Positions 9,325 through 19,341 of a stretch of 64,000 nt of DNA are shown in pieces. The translations under genes were made by a program, and so were the position numbers. The notes under the pieces were generated by a model, which was given only the letters and a program-made list of their open reading frames with translations, had not been told where the DNA came from and did no database searches. Numbering within the stretch: position 1 is the stretch's first letter; the number at the start of each line of letters is the position of its first letter. Source of the stretch: an uncultured Verrucomicrobiae bacterium (GTDB taxonomy: Bacteria > Verrucomicrobiota > Verrucomicrobiia > Chthoniobacterales > JAFAMB01); NCBI GenBank assembly GCA_963846195.1, contig CAWJVG010000015.1, forward strand, positions 356 to 64,355, in the 5' to 3' direction.

Positions 9325-9594
9325 TTGGATCGTGATATTTTCGGGCTAACTCGACCACCGGTAAGCAGCCAATTAGTGGCAGCAGTCACTCGACCATTTT
9401 TAGGATTGAAAGATTGCGTTTCTGAGAGAATTCTCAAGCAGGTGGTCCTCATTGGAAAGCTCTTTGGACGGTCGAAAGGCGAGCCTGTGGAAATCAAAGC
9501 CTCGGCAAACTTTGTGCCCGAGAAGCTTTTTCGACGGGCCGCCAAGCGTATTTTTGCCAAGTACAAAGCCACGATTCGAAAGCTCGGGCCGTGA
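9325..9594 (+). CDS. Small ORF translationally coupled to the Doc-like gene (candidate antitoxin; start uncertain)
   Basis: Its stop TGA overlaps the GTG start of the next gene (GTGA at 9591-9594). I recognise no family motif. Confidence 0.35.
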   Translation: MDRDIFGLTRPPVSSQLVAAVTRPFLGLKDCVSERILKQVVLIGKLFGRSKGEPVEIKASANFVPEKLFRRAAKRIFAKYKATIRKLGP

Positions 9595-10019
9595 GCGATT
9601 TTCCATACCTTTACTTGACGGTCTCTCAAATCCAGGCCCTCCACGAGGCCGTCCTTGAAGAACATGGCGGCTCCGGTGAATTGCTGAGTTCTAAGGGGCT
9701 GGATTCTTGTGTAGATGCTCCACAAAACGTGGCGATTTTACAGGAGGGTGATGTTTTTGAGCAAGCTTCCGCCTACGCCTGTTCCATCGTACGAAAAAGC
9801 CCTTTCAGAGCGGGAAATCGAGGTACAGCGCTTGCGGCTGCACTCGTATTTTTGGACATTAATGGCGTTACGGATCACGACTACGACGAGGGGATCCTGC
9901 TCCAGGCAATGATCTATTTGTCGGAGGGTAAAATGGATGGGAACCTATTTGCGCAGTTTCTGCGAGAAGCGGTTTCCGGGATTAAGGGAACTTGGGAGGA
10001 TGAATCGAAGGATCGGTAA
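9591..10019 (+). CDS. Doc / death-on-curing (Fic-fold) family protein with a degenerate active-site motif
   Basis: The N-terminus YLTVSQIQALHEAVLEEHGGSGELL and the core SIVRKSPFRAGNRGTALAAALVFLDINGV align to Doc GHIFNDANKRTAL. Confidence 0.7.
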   Translation: MSDFPYLYLTVSQIQALHEAVLEEHGGSGELLSSKGLDSCVDAPQNVAILQEGDVFEQASAYACSIVRKSPFRAGNRGTALAAALVFLDINGVTDHDYDEGILLQAMIYLSEGKMDGNLFAQFLREAVSGIKGTWEDESKDR

Positions 10020-11292
10020 AGATTGGGCCTCACGGGGCAAAGCTGTTGTCTCCCCGGGAACTCGGAATGAGTTAGGAAATCGGGGTCTGCTCCCGCTGAG
10101 TCTTATCATTATCTTTGGCATTTTTGCCTCGACGATGCCGCAGACGACCGCGCTCGGCAGGTTGCCGCTGCAATTTCTCCTGAAGAACGAAGTCAATGTG
10201 ACGCGTGAGCAGATGGCAGCGTTCTTTTTCTGGACCGGCTTGGCCTGGTACCTGAAGCCGGTGGCCGGAATACTGACCGACGCTTTTCCATTATTCGGGA
10301 CACGCCGTCGACACTATCTGCTTTTCAGCTCGGCCCTCACCGCCATGGGCTGGATCTGCATGAATTTTATTCCGCGCCAGTACGGGTCGCTGCTCTTGGG
10401 TGGAATGACAGTGGAACTGTTCATGGTCCTGGGCTCCACGGTCATTGGCGCCTTTCTTGTGGAGGCAGGGCAACGGATGGGCGCCACGGGCCGCCTGACC
10501 GCCCTGCGAATGCTCGTATTCAACTTCTGCGCCTTGATTCGCGGACCTCTCGGCGGATTGCTGTCAACGGCAGGATTTGTTTGGGCAACAGGAGTAAATG
10601 CCGCTCTCGCTCTCACGATCTTTCCGATCGCTTATATTTTCCTGAAGGAGCGGCGGGTCGCTCAAGACCGAAGCAGCGTCGTTCTCCGTAACACCAGGCA
10701 GCAGTTGAAGACCGTCTTCCGATCGAAAAACCTTTGGGCAGCGCTGCTGTTCATTGGGTTGTTTCATTTCTCGCCCGGTTTTGTCACCCCGCTTTTCTAT
10801 AGACAGACCGATCAACTGCATTTCTCCAAGCAGGCGATCGGAAATCTTGGCGTTTTCAGCGGCGCATTTGCCATTCTGGCGGCGATCCTCTACAGCCAAC
10901 TGATTAAGCGATTGCCAATTCGCACCATGCTACTGGTCTCCGTAGCGGCGTCGGCTTGTGGAACGCTGGTTTATCTCTTCTATTCCAGCTGGACCCGGGC
11001 GGTGTTCATCGAATCTCAGAATGGGTTTTTTTCCGGGCTTGCTGAAGTCGCATTGATAGATCTTGCAGCTCGGGCTACGCCTAAGGGTTGTGAAGGTCTT
11101 GGGTACTCTCTGATCCTCTCGATACGGAATGTGGCTTTATTTGGTGCCGACATTGTTGGCTCCTACCTGGTAGATCATAAATGGGCATTCTCTCACCTTG
11201 TCTATCTGAACGCCGGCACGACAGCGATCGTCTTAATGTTCGTGCCTCTTCTTCCCGCTGCGTTGATGCAAAGCAAGGATGCGTCAACGTAG
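10000..11292 (+). CDS. MFS transporter, folate-biopterin (BT1)-like
   Basis: About 12 TM segments and the motif FFWTGLAWYLKPVAGILTDAFPLFGTRRRHYLL. The ATG at 10000 is preceded by gggagga and overlaps the Doc 3-prime end by 20 nt. Confidence 0.7.
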   Translation: MNRRIGKDWASRGKAVVSPGTRNELGNRGLLPLSLIIIFGIFASTMPQTTALGRLPLQFLLKNEVNVTREQMAAFFFWTGLAWYLKPVAGILTDAFPLFGTRRRHYLLFSSALTAMGWICMNFIPRQYGSLLLGGMTVELFMVLGSTVIGAFLVEAGQRMGATGRLTALRMLVFNFCALIRGPLGGLLSTAGFVWATGVNAALALTIFPIAYIFLKERRVAQDRSSVVLRNTRQQLKTVFRSKNLWAALLFIGLFHFSPGFVTPLFYRQTDQLHFSKQAIGNLGVFSGAFAILAAILYSQLIKRLPIRTMLLVSVAASACGTLVYLFYSSWTRAVFIESQNGFFSGLAEVALIDLAARATPKGCEGLGYSLILSIRNVALFGADIVGSYLVDHKWAFSHLVYLNAGTTAIVLMFVPLLPAALMQSKDAST

Positions 11293-11304
11293 CATCGGCC
11301 TATG

Positions 11305-11946
11305 CTACGGCATGGGCGGGTGACTCGAAGCATGCTCCATATACTTTTCCTCATCCCGGAGCATCGCTTCGAGAGCGGCGAAGATTGGTTCGCTGCGGTA
11401 AATGCCCGAAAAAACCGCGGTGTCGCCGATCGTGCTGCGCAGGATAAACGCAGGGCGTTGATCGATCCGGTACGACTCGAACTCCGAAAGCGAATTCCGT
11501 AATTCAGAGGCAAGTGCCGGATCGTCCATGGCGTTTGCCAATGTTTCTGCCGCGATGCCGCTGGCCTCGCCCGCGAATTTTAACGCGAGTGCGCGCTGGA
11601 GAATCGGTTCGCCGCGATCCATCGCAGCGGATTTCAGGGCTTGGTGCACCTCCTTTCCCTTACCGAATCTCCAAGCAGCGGCAATCAGACTGTTTGGTAT
11701 CCAGGTTGACAGACCTTTCCGTTCCAGCCAACGGTGATTAAAGCGCCTGCCGGTCACGATTTCGCACCGATCGTAGTACCAGAGTTCCTGCTCCGGGCCG
11801 GCCTCCATAGGTTTGCCGCCATTGATCAGTGCGATTTTCCAAGTGACTTGCACGCGCGCGCCATACCGTCGACCTACCTCGGCAATCACCTCATCGCCTA
11901 AAGCGCACCACATCGAACAAACATCAAAAAAATAGGTTATTTGCAT
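11305..11946 (-). CDS. DsbA-family thioredoxin-fold oxidoreductase
   Basis: The N-terminal FFDVCSMWC (CxxC) lies in a DsbA/HCCA-isomerase-like 213 aa protein. Confidence 0.65.
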   Translation of the reverse strand: MQITYFFDVCSMWCALGDEVIAEVGRRYGARVQVTWKIALINGGKPMEAGPEQELWYYDRCEIVTGRRFNHRWLERKGLSTWIPNSLIAAAWRFGKGKEVHQALKSAAMDRGEPILQRALALKFAGEASGIAAETLANAMDDPALASELRNSLSEFESYRIDQRPAFILRSTIGDTAVFSGIYRSEPIFAALEAMLRDEEKYMEHASSHPPMP

Positions 11947-12013
11947 GGATATAGTCTTTGGCCAAACCTACCGTCAAAGACTTTGCCTTAACACGACCAA
12001 CGTCAAGCGCCGG

Positions 12014-12694
12014 TTAGCGTGGAGCTTCTGGGGCCTTTGCTGGTACGCTCCCAGCGCTCGGCGTTTTGAACCAGAATTTTTTCGCGATGCGAGCGCCTTC
12101 CAGCACCAGCAGAATCAAGAGCAACCATCGGGCGACGTACCAGTGTCCCTTGCCCGCAATCGTTTGGTGATAGATCAGGAGAATTGCTGCCAGGTACGCC
12201 AGGCGATGAAGCAGTTTCCATTTCTTGCCGCCCAACTTCCGGACCGCCCAGTTATTGCTGGTCAAACCGAGTAATACCAGGATACTGAGCCCGGCTAAGC
12301 CAAACCAGGTAAATGGTTTGGTAAAACTCTGAAGCACATCGTCCAAGTCGCCCTGGTAAAGCAGGTGACACGAAAAATGGATGAGACCGTAGATGCAGGC
12401 TGACACTCCGATGTAGCGACGATGCCGGTTCAGCGCGTTGACGATCGGTGAACGCGGAAAAAGTACCCGCAGCGGAGTCAGGCTCAAAACAGCACCTAAA
12501 GTCCAGATCGCGATCTCGCCCGACACGTGCAGAAGCCGTTCGATTGGATTTGCACCGAGCTGGTTGGTGAGCGCCGGAGCGATGAGAAGGCAGACGCCGA
12601 CCCCGATGAGAACGATGAGCGCCAATATTTTGTTGCCCAGAACCCTCGCGGCCAGCCCGCGAGAATCAAATGAAGGCCGAGGCGACGAGGGCAT
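12014..12694 (-). CDS. msrQ: protein-methionine-sulfoxide reductase heme-binding subunit
   Basis: Ferric-reductase-like TM protein (RHRRYIGVSACIYGLIHFSCHLLY) downstream of msrP. Confidence 0.8.
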   Translation of the reverse strand: MPSSPRPSFDSRGLAARVLGNKILALIVLIGVGVCLLIAPALTNQLGANPIERLLHVSGEIAIWTLGAVLSLTPLRVLFPRSPIVNALNRHRRYIGVSACIYGLIHFSCHLLYQGDLDDVLQSFTKPFTWFGLAGLSILVLLGLTSNNWAVRKLGGKKWKLLHRLAYLAAILLIYHQTIAGKGHWYVARWLLLILLVLEGARIAKKFWFKTPSAGSVPAKAPEAPR

Positions 12695-12700
12695 TGCCGA

Positions 12701-12999
12701 GATCAGAATTCAGGAGTCAGGAATTGCAAGGTCAGAATTCAGGAGTCAGGAGTTGCAGGAGTTGAAGAAGGCCAGGCCACAAAATTCGGCGTCTCTCTGG
12801 AGAGAATAGTTCACTGCGAGTCGGGAGCCAGGAGGCAAATATCTGTGGATGGGAAAATACTTGGCTCGAGCGAGTTGAATTAAGTTGTTTGAGACCGTCT
12901 CTCGGAAGAAGCAGCGGAATTCTGTAGCCTGGCCTTCTGCAACTCCTGCAACTCCTGACTCCTGAATTCTGATCTTGCAATTCTGACTCCTGAGTTCTG
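12701..12999. mobile_element. MITE-like palindromic element, copy 1 (about 63 bp terminal inverted repeats built from CTCCTGA-type words)
   Basis: The left end is cagaattcaggagtcaggaattgcaaggtcagaattcaggagtcaggagttgcaggagttg and the right end is its reverse complement. The core matches 50205-50370 in inverted orientation. The element occupies the entire msrP-msrQ spacer. Confidence 0.7.
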
Positions 13000-13004
13000 C
13001 CTTT

Positions 13005-13967
13005 TCAGAAATTCTTTCGCAGATCCAATCCGGTGTAAAGGCCGGCAACCTCTTTTTCGTAGCCGTTGAACTTCAAGGTTGGTTGTCTTCCCCCGAAGAA
13101 GCCGACGCCAATGACGCGTTCCGATTTCTGGCTCCAGCGTGGATGATCAACTTCCGGGTTGACGTTTGCGTAGAATCCGTACTCGTTCGGTGCTGCCTCG
13201 TTCCAAAGCGTCTTCGGCTGATCGGCGACAAAGTCGATTTTCACCAGCGACTTAGCTCCCTTGAACCCGTACTTCCAGGGAGCAACCAGGCGGATGGGCG
13301 CGCCGTTCTGGTTGAGCAGCGGCTTGCCATAGATGCCAGTCGCCAGGAACGCCAACTCATTGGTTGCTTCCGGTAGCGTCAAACCCTCCGTGTATGGCCA
13401 GGGAAAGTCCTGGGTGCGCTGGCCGGGACAATTTTTCGGGTCCATGAAGGAGGTGAATTGGAGATACTTTGTTTCGGCCTTAGGCTCGGCCATAGCCACA
13501 AGCTTGGCGAGTGCGAATCCATCCCACGGAATGACCATCGACCAAGCTTCCACACAACGGTGGCGATAATTGCGCTGCTCGATTCCGCCGATGGCTTTGA
13601 TGAGGTCGTTCACCTCATATTTGCCAGGTTTTGCGCACAAACCGCCAATCTCGATCGTCCAAGGCTCGGTCTTCCAACCTTGATTGGCGCCGACCTTGGG
13701 ATCGCCCTTTTCGAGACCCCACTCGTAAAAATTGTTGTAACCGGTGATATTGTCGTAGGGCGTGAGTTTAACGCCGGGTAGCTTGTCTGCCTCATTCAGC
13801 GAATCGGGAAACCCAAAGGTCGCAGCGCGGCAGATGGCGGGCAGCAAAGCCCCGGCCGCCAATCCCATGCCGCAGGTTCGCAGGAATTCGCGTCGTTTGA
13901 GATAATGAGGTTCGGGAGTCACTGCCGAGTCCGGCAACTGCCAGGAATGCTTGTTTTGGATATACAT
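13005..13967 (-). CDS. msrP: protein-methionine-sulfoxide reductase catalytic (molybdopterin) subunit
   Basis: Tat signal KRREFLRTCGMGLAAGALL and YedY-type motifs (YNNFYEWG, RHRCVEAWSMVIPW). Confidence 0.85.
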   Translation of the reverse strand: MYIQNKHSWQLPDSAVTPEPHYLKRREFLRTCGMGLAAGALLPAICRAATFGFPDSLNEADKLPGVKLTPYDNITGYNNFYEWGLEKGDPKVGANQGWKTEPWTIEIGGLCAKPGKYEVNDLIKAIGGIEQRNYRHRCVEAWSMVIPWDGFALAKLVAMAEPKAETKYLQFTSFMDPKNCPGQRTQDFPWPYTEGLTLPEATNELAFLATGIYGKPLLNQNGAPIRLVAPWKYGFKGAKSLVKIDFVADQPKTLWNEAAPNEYGFYANVNPEVDHPRWSQKSERVIGVGFFGGRQPTLKFNGYEKEVAGLYTGLDLRKNF

Positions 13968-14264
13968 GAGAATCTGCAGGCGGCGTCCCTAACCTACCGT
14001 CTCCGCGATGGCTTCACAATCCGCCTTTTTCTGGGAGGCGCAGCCACCTCCGGTTATTCCTGCGTTTTTGACTAGAAACCTTCCCCAAGTCCTGATCAAA
14101 TTGGAAATCAGATGGGCTTCCCGAAAAGGTTTTGCTCTCGCCCATTTGCCGGCGTGGGCAGTTTAGTCATCGGCTACTAACCACCGACAGTTCCTCCAAA
14201 ATGCACACCACGAAGACCATCGCAAAAGGCGTAGCGTGAAATTAAGAAATGAGGTTCCATCTTT

Positions 14265-15212
14265 ATGAACACCGAATTCTACACATTTGGCGAAATACTC
14301 TGGGATTGCCTGCCTTCCGGCAGACACGCCGGGGGTGCTCCGTTTAACGTTGCGGCGCATATCGCTCAACTGGGAGTCTCGGTTTCTTTACTCTCAGCGG
14401 TCGGCCAGGATTCTCTGGGCAACGAGATCCTGGATGTCGCGAAAGACAAAGGGGTCAACATCGATTTTGTGGTTCGGGCGCGAATCGGTCTTCCCACCGG
14501 GACTGTGTTGGCGACTGTCGATCCTTTGGGTAACGCAACCTATGAACTGGTTCAGCCGGTGGCGTGGGACGAGATCATCGTTTCGGACGAGGCTCTCGAG
14601 GCTGTTGCGAAGGCGGGCGCTTTTATTTTTGGTTCGTTGGCCAGCCGCTCGCCATACAATCTCGAACAGTTGGATCGGCTGCTTGCGGTCACCGGCCCAA
14701 TAAAATTCTTCGACGTGAATCTGCGTCCTCCATTCGCTGATCCGAAGCGTATCGTCGAACTAGCGGGTAGCGCGGATGTGCTCAAGCTCAATCATGACGA
14801 AGTCGGCCAGATCGCCTCCTGGCTGCAAACCGGCAAGACAACATCGAACCCACCCGCCAATGCGGATGCGGTCGCGAAAGCGTGTGCCGTTCTGTCGGAA
14901 GCGACTAACACGCCCCGGATCTGCGTGACGATGGGCGCAGGGGGCGCGGCGCTGTGGGATCGGGGCAACCTGGTGACTGCCCCCGCCCCGAAAGTGATCG
15001 TCAGGGACACGGTTGGGGCAGGAGACGCCTTTATGGCCGGCCTGATCGTCGGGCTAACGCGCGGCGCAGACGCTCAAACTGTTCTCGGGACCGCCTGCCG
15101 GCTGGGCGCCATCGTCGCATCACACGACGGAGCGACGCCATTGCTGCCTCCAGATTTGATCCGGGAATTTCGAGCGAATCTAAAGGCTGGAAGCAGTGTC
15201 GATATGGAGTGA
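14265..15212 (+). CDS. PfkB-family carbohydrate kinase (fructokinase-like)
   Basis: FGEILWD...GGAPFNVA at the N-terminus and TVGAGDAF near the C-terminus. Confidence 0.8.
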   Translation: MNTEFYTFGEILWDCLPSGRHAGGAPFNVAAHIAQLGVSVSLLSAVGQDSLGNEILDVAKDKGVNIDFVVRARIGLPTGTVLATVDPLGNATYELVQPVAWDEIIVSDEALEAVAKAGAFIFGSLASRSPYNLEQLDRLLAVTGPIKFFDVNLRPPFADPKRIVELAGSADVLKLNHDEVGQIASWLQTGKTTSNPPANADAVAKACAVLSEATNTPRICVTMGAGGAALWDRGNLVTAPAPKVIVRDTVGAGDAFMAGLIVGLTRGADAQTVLGTACRLGAIVASHDGATPLLPPDLIREFRANLKAGSSVDME

Positions 15213-15434
15213 GCCAGCCCCGACACAGGCTGGACGCCTATGCTACGCTGCTAATCTCTTAATTTCTCAATGCTACCTTCTCATTTGCTCCAGCCAGCGT
15301 AGCGTTCGACATTTTCTTTCGTAGTCGGGCCCACTGGGATCATTGTATGGGTTGTCTTGCATCAGTAGCTCAAGCAATATTGATCAGGAGCTCATTATCG
15401 CCGAAAAGCTCCGAGGCTCTGCAAAGGAAACATT

Positions 15435-17636
15435 ATGAACGCCAAATTACCCCCCCACGATATCCACCGGCTTCTGCATGCTGAACATGATGACCCATTT
15501 GGCGTGCTTGGGTTGCATCAGATCGACCAGACTTGGGTTGTGCGTAGTCTGAGACCGGACGCGAAGGTGCTCACGGTTGTCGACCGTCAAGACGCCCATC
15601 GCCGTTTCCCAGCCGTCCGCATTGCCGAGGAGGGTCTATTTGAAGCCGAACTGGAGGGCGCGTTAGAGGCTTTTGATTATCTGTTAGAGATTACCACTTG
15701 GTCGGGAGAGATTTTTCAGATCAGCGATCCCTATTCTTACGGTCCGATTTTAGGTGAACTCGACATGCATCTCTACAAGGTCGGCAACCACTATGAGATC
15801 TACGAAAAGCTGGGAGCGCACCTGAGTGAAATCAACGGACACGCAGGTGCCTGTTTTGCCGTTTGGGCGCCCAACGCTCAACGAGTCAGTTTGGTGGGCG
15901 ATTTTAACGACTGGGATGGTCGCATCCTTCCGATGCGAAAGCGGGTTGAAGCAGGGATCTGGGAGATTTTCGTACCAGGAGTCGGTGAAAGCGCTCATTA
16001 CAAATACGAGATCCGCAACTGCTTCGGCCAAGTCGTATTGAAAAGCGATCCCTTCTCTTTCTTCGGCCAGCATGGCGTTCAAACGGCTTCCCTGGTCTTC
16101 AATCTCGATCGCTTCAAATGGAGTGACGACTCATGGCTAGCCGAACGGAAGACCCGGTACTGGCCTCAGCAACCGGTTAGCATTTATGAAGTGCACCTGG
16201 GGTCGTGGGCAAGAGTGCCAGAGGAGAACAACCGATATCTGAGTTATATCGAGTTTGCGGATCGATTGATCCCGTATGTTAAGGAAATGGGTTATACCCA
16301 TGTCGAATTGCTGCCCATCGCCGAGCATCCGTTTGATGGTTCCTGGGGTTATCAGGTCACCGGTTACTATGCGCCGACAAGCCGTTTTGGGAATCCGGAC
16401 GAGTTTCGTCATTTCGTCGATCGCTGCCACCAGGCGAGGATCGGAGTTATCCTCGACTGGGTTCCTGGCCATTTCCCCAAAGATGCGTTTGGATTAGCCC
16501 AATTTGACGGAACACGGCTTTACGAACATGCCGATCCGCGACAGGGAGAACATCGGGATTGGGGCACGCTGATTTTCAATTTCGGTCGGAGTGAAGTACG
16601 GAACTTCCTGATCGCGAACGGGCTTTTCTGGCTTGATAAATATCATATCGACGGACTGCGCGTCGACGCCGTCGCCTCGATGTTGTATCTCGATTATTCA
16701 AGAAAGGCTGGTGAATGGGTGCCGAACATTTACGGCGGCCGCGAGAACCTGGATGCAATCGAGTTCATGAAACACTTCAATGCCATCTGTTACGAGCGCT
16801 TTCCCGGGATCATGACCATCGCGGAAGAATCGACTTCCTGGCCCGGCGTCTCAAGTCCGACTTACTTGGGCGGCTTGGGATTCGGCTTCAAATGGAACAT
16901 GGGTTGGATGCACGATTTTTTGCAATATATGAGTCATGAACCGATCCATCGCCGCTACCATCAAGCGGAAGCCGCGTTCTCTCTGGTCTATGCATTCCAG
17001 GAACATTTTGTCCTGGTCTTAAGCCATGACGAAGTCGTACACGGCAAAGGTTCTCTGCTAAACAAAATGCCGGGCGATCCATGGCAAAAATTTGCGAACA
17101 TCCGAATGTTTTACGCCTGGATGTACGCGCACCCCGGCAAAAAACTGCTATTCATGGGATGTGAAATTGGCCAGTGGAAAGAATGGAATTACAATCAAAG
17201 CATCGACTGGCATTTGCTTCAATATCCCTTGCACGCCGGTATTGGACGGTTGATCCAGCATCTCAATTTCCTTTATAGGAGCGAGCCTGCGCTTTCGGAG
17301 GACGATGATAGCTATGCTGGGTTTGAGTGGATCGACTTGTACGACGCCGACAACAGCATTTTTACGTTCGTTCGCAAAGGGAGGTCCGGTTCCACTTTGT
17401 TGTTCGCCGTCAACGCGACCCCTGTTCCCAGACATGCTTACCGGGTCGGAGCGCCCGGGGACGGTTGGTACGAAGAGATCTTGAACACCGATGCCGAAAT
17501 CTACGGAGGCAGCAACGTCGGCAATTGGGGCGGGACGCACGTCGATCCCATTCCCTGGCAGGGACGCTCCCATTCTCTTTGCTTAACATTGCCGCCTTTA
17601 TCGACAATAGGGCTCAAACGGCATCAGTATAAGTGA
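15435..17636 (+). CDS. glgB: 1,4-alpha-glucan branching enzyme
   Basis: The 733 aa GH13 protein has motifs GVILDWVPGHF, HIDGLRVDAVASMLY, MTIAEEST and LSHDEVVHGK. Confidence 0.95.
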   Translation: MNAKLPPHDIHRLLHAEHDDPFGVLGLHQIDQTWVVRSLRPDAKVLTVVDRQDAHRRFPAVRIAEEGLFEAELEGALEAFDYLLEITTWSGEIFQISDPYSYGPILGELDMHLYKVGNHYEIYEKLGAHLSEINGHAGACFAVWAPNAQRVSLVGDFNDWDGRILPMRKRVEAGIWEIFVPGVGESAHYKYEIRNCFGQVVLKSDPFSFFGQHGVQTASLVFNLDRFKWSDDSWLAERKTRYWPQQPVSIYEVHLGSWARVPEENNRYLSYIEFADRLIPYVKEMGYTHVELLPIAEHPFDGSWGYQVTGYYAPTSRFGNPDEFRHFVDRCHQARIGVILDWVPGHFPKDAFGLAQFDGTRLYEHADPRQGEHRDWGTLIFNFGRSEVRNFLIANGLFWLDKYHIDGLRVDAVASMLYLDYSRKAGEWVPNIYGGRENLDAIEFMKHFNAICYERFPGIMTIAEESTSWPGVSSPTYLGGLGFGFKWNMGWMHDFLQYMSHEPIHRRYHQAEAAFSLVYAFQEHFVLVLSHDEVVHGKGSLLNKMPGDPWQKFANIRMFYAWMYAHPGKKLLFMGCEIGQWKEWNYNQSIDWHLLQYPLHAGIGRLIQHLNFLYRSEPALSEDDDSYAGFEWIDLYDADNSIFTFVRKGRSGSTLLFAVNATPVPRHAYRVGAPGDGWYEEILNTDAEIYGGSNVGNWGGTHVDPIPWQGRSHSLCLTLPPLSTIGLKRHQYK

Positions 17637-17682
17637 TTCCGGGACAGGGCTGGGATTTCGTGGGAGGGGCAATGCTATCAGC

Positions 17683-19335
17683 CTATGCTACTTTCTCTCC
17701 AAGAGAACGAAGCACGATTTCCTGGGCTTGATCTACGATGGCCGCGAGGTGTTCGGCGCTTTTGAGACTCTCCGCGTAGAGTTTATAGATGTTCTCTGTG
17801 CCGGAGGGGCGGGCGGCAAACCAACCACTCATCGAAACGACCTTTAAGCCGCCAATCGATGCATTGTTGCCTGGCGCACGTGTCAGCTTCGCCGTGATCG
17901 ATTCGCCCGCGAGTTCGGTGGCGGTAACGGCTTCCGGCGAGAGTTTTTTGAGTGCATTCTTTTGCTCGGGCGTGGCTGGCGCGTCGATCCGCGTGTAGTA
18001 GGGTGTACCGAACTTGGCAGTTAGTTCCTGGTAGTGCTCGCCTGGATCTTTCCCAGTGCGAGCGGTAATTTCCGCGGCGAGCAAGCCAAGGATAAGGCCG
18101 TCTTTGTCTGTGGTCCAAACCGAGCCGTCCCGTTTTAGAAAGCTCGCTCCGGCGCTTTCCTCGCCGCCGAAACAGCAGGACCCGTCAAACAAGCCAGGGG
18201 TAAACCATTTGAATCCGACGGGCACCTCCCACAGGGTCCGCTTGAGGCTGGCAACGACATGATCAATCAGACAGCTACTGACGAGCGTTTTGCCAACTAC
18301 CGCTGTGACCGGCCATTGCGGACGATTCCCGAGCAGGTAGCGAATCGCGACGGCAAGGTAATGATTGGGATTCAAAAGACCTGAAGAGGGCGTCACAATT
18401 CCGTGCCGGTCAGCGTCCGGATCGTTGCCGAATGCGACGTCGAAACGGTCCTTGAGCTGGACAAGGCCGGCCATCGCCCAAGGGCTGGAGCAATCCATTC
18501 GGATTTTTCCGTCATGGTCCACTGTCATGAACGCGAAAGTCGGATCGATCTTCGGATTTACGACGGTGATATCGATGGCGTAACGTTCAACCACCGGCTG
18601 CCAATAGGCTACCGCTGCGCCTCCGAGCGGATCGACACCGATCTTCACACCCGCCGAGCGAATAGCTTCCAGGTCGACCACATTTGCGAGATCTTCCACG
18701 TAGCCCGTGACAAAGTCCTGGGGGTGCGTTGTCGGGGCCTTGAGAGCAGCTTCGAAACCGATGCGCCGAACGTCTTTATTCCCGCCCTGCAGCAGCTCGT
18801 TCGCACGGTTTTGAATCCAGTCGGTGACATCAGTATCGGCCGGTCCCCCGTTTGGCGGATTGTATTTGAAACCGCCATCGGTGGGAGGGTTGTGAGAAGG
18901 AGTAACGACGATGCCGTCTCCGAATCCTTCCGAGCGTCCCCGGTTGTATCCAAGAATGGCGTGCGAAATGACTGGCGTCGGTGTGAAGCCGTCATTGCTC
19001 TGGATAAATGTTTCTATCCCGTTCCCGGCCAGCACCTCCAAGGCCACTCGTTCTGCGGGCCGGGAAAGCGCATGAGTGTCTTTGCCCATAAACATCGGGC
19101 CGCTGATTCCCTGATTGCGTCGGTACTCGGAAATGGCCTGAGTAATGGCAAGGATATGCGCCTCGGTAAACGTCGCGTTCGAACTGGTGCCGCGATGCCC
19201 GCTAGTGCCGAAGCTGACAAGCTGATTTGGGTCAGCAGGATCGGGGCTCTTGTCATAAAAGGCCGCTTCAAGCCGGCTCACGTCGATAAGAAGATCTTTC
19301 GGTGCAGGTTTGCCTGCGTAGGGATGAGTGCTCAT
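17683..19335 (-). CDS. pgm: phosphoglucomutase (alpha-D-glucose phosphate-specific)
   Basis: The 550 aa protein has the active-site loop [11 protein letters not shown], the metal loop [11 protein letters not shown] and GEESAG. Confidence 0.9.
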   Translation of the reverse strand: MSTHPYAGKPAPKDLLIDVSRLEAAFYDKSPDPADPNQLVSFGTSGHRGTSSNATFTEAHILAITQAISEYRRNQGISGPMFMGKDTHALSRPAERVALEVLAGNGIETFIQSNDGFTPTPVISHAILGYNRGRSEGFGDGIVVTPSHNPPTDGGFKYNPPNGGPADTDVTDWIQNRANELLQGGNKDVRRIGFEAALKAPTTHPQDFVTGYVEDLANVVDLEAIRSAGVKIGVDPLGGAAVAYWQPVVERYAIDITVVNPKIDPTFAFMTVDHDGKIRMDCSSPWAMAGLVQLKDRFDVAFGNDPDADRHGIVTPSSGLLNPNHYLAVAIRYLLGNRPQWPVTAVVGKTLVSSCLIDHVVASLKRTLWEVPVGFKWFTPGLFDGSCCFGGEESAGASFLKRDGSVWTTDKDGLILGLLAAEITARTGKDPGEHYQELTAKFGTPYYTRIDAPATPEQKNALKKLSPEAVTATELAGESITAKLTRAPGNNASIGGLKVVSMSGWFAARPSGTENIYKLYAESLKSAEHLAAIVDQAQEIVLRSLGEKVA

Positions 19336-19341
19336 AGCGTT

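Noticed and set aside
9276-9725. 149 aa minus-strand ORF overlapping the Doc locus
   Set aside because: It competes with a plus-strand pair that has a recognisable Doc fold and a GTGA-coupled upstream ORF, and it has no motifs.
12732-13048. ORFs of 82-100 aa inside the MITE-like element, with counterparts in 49944..50435
   Set aside because: The two copies differ by two 1-nt indels in the core, so the shared peptide switches frame between copies (LKQLNSTRSSQVFSHPQI against PNNLIPLARAKYFPIHRY). That is not conserved as protein.
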